This document shows, one piece after another, positions 63,702-64,000 of a stretch of 64,000 nt of DNA. The notes beneath the pieces are model-generated. The model ran no database searches and was not told the DNA's origin. It saw nothing but the letters and a program-made list of their open reading frames with translations. How positions within the stretch are numbered: position 1 is the first letter of the stretch; every line of letters starts with the position of its first letter. The translations under genes and the position numbers were made by a program. The stretch comes from Actinomycetota bacterium (lineage in GTDB: Bacteria > Actinomycetota > CADDZG01 > WHSQ01): assembly GCA_013695465.1 (NCBI GenBank), contig JACDAL010000022.1, forward strand, positions 451-64,450, read 5' to 3'.

Positions 63702-63807
63702 GGGTCTGCGAGGGCCGCCTCTCGTCCCTCACCGGGCGGCGGACGCGGGCGCAGCCCTCAAGCGGTGCGGACGATGGGACGTGCCTTGAGAGCGCGCCTC
63801 GCACCAA

Positions 63808-64000
63808 TCAATGTTCCGACGACTCGCAGTTGAGCGCGCCGGCAGAGGGATCCTCAGGGTCAATCTCCGGATTCACGCAGTTGTCGGTCCCGTCGCCGCC
63901 GTCGTTGGCGTTGACGCCCTGTCCACCGTCGAGGTCATCGTCGCCCGCTCTTCCCACCAGCGTGTCGTCGCCCAGATCACCCCGCAGGATGTTCGCGGTG
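63808..64000 (-). CDS. C-terminal end of a hemolysin-type calcium-binding-repeat protein (gene enters from the right edge)
   Basis: Hand translation of the minus strand gives ...TANILRGDLGDDTLVGRAGDDDLDGGQGVNANDGGDGTDNCVNPEIDPEDPSAGALNCESSEH*. GDDTLxGxxGDDxLxGGxG is RTX-like. The stop is at 63808-63810. Confidence 0.5.
   Translation of the reverse strand, partial: TANILRGDLGDDTLVGRAGDDDLDGGQGVNANDGGDGTDNCVNPEIDPEDPSAGALNCESSEH

Overview
This is a visibly GC-rich chromosomal segment with Actinomycetota hallmarks: the GlgE alpha-glucan pathway, an F420/LLM oxidoreductase, a DinB-type protein, a SigK/RskA-like sigma/anti-sigma pair and a COG1579 zinc-ribbon/RNase H cluster. I can support about 55 CDS, one RNase P RNA (rnpB) and one cobalamin riboswitch. 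I saw no rRNA, tRNA, cas genes, transposase or integrase.

Gene content from left to right:
- thiO-thiS-thiG, with thiG truncated at the left edge, sitting behind an RsbW-like kinase
- ltaE, pfk and a secreted RlpA-like protein
- a convergent pair of conserved-unknown genes (LOR/SDH TIGR00300-type and cyclic-2,3-DPG-synthetase-like P-loop protein) next to a divergent TetR
- housekeeping genes: aminotransferase, histidine phosphatase, 5'-3' exonuclease, LLM oxidoreductase, ROK kinase, panB, M48 protease, trpD, M20 peptidase, RidA
- a NYN/GAF-PP2C pair and an orphan GAF histidine kinase
- rnpB
- a riboswitch-led ECF-type transporter operon with two secreted accessory proteins
- an ECF sigma/anti-sigma pair
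- an AONS-family enzyme, a GGDEF-EAL membrane sensor and an MFS exporter in a row
- glgX, an ABC-F ATPase and a NUDIX hydrolase
- glgP divergent from glgE-treS-pep2-glgB
- a low-density accessory patch with a UvrD-like helicase

The most interesting signals:
1. A B12-riboswitch operon whose first two genes look like a split, secreted transcobalamin-like pair, and whose last CDS reads into rnpB.
2. Three families of short intergenic repeats, mostly built as direct repeats at a period of about 40 bp. One pair lies in inverted orientation around the helicase patch.
3. A perfect (GGGGCC)5 tract in front of the helicase.
4. An AONS-like synthase / c-di-GMP sensor / exporter module.
5. A DUF6328-type gene with two apparently compensating frameshifts.

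All family assignments come from reading the translations by eye. No searches were run.
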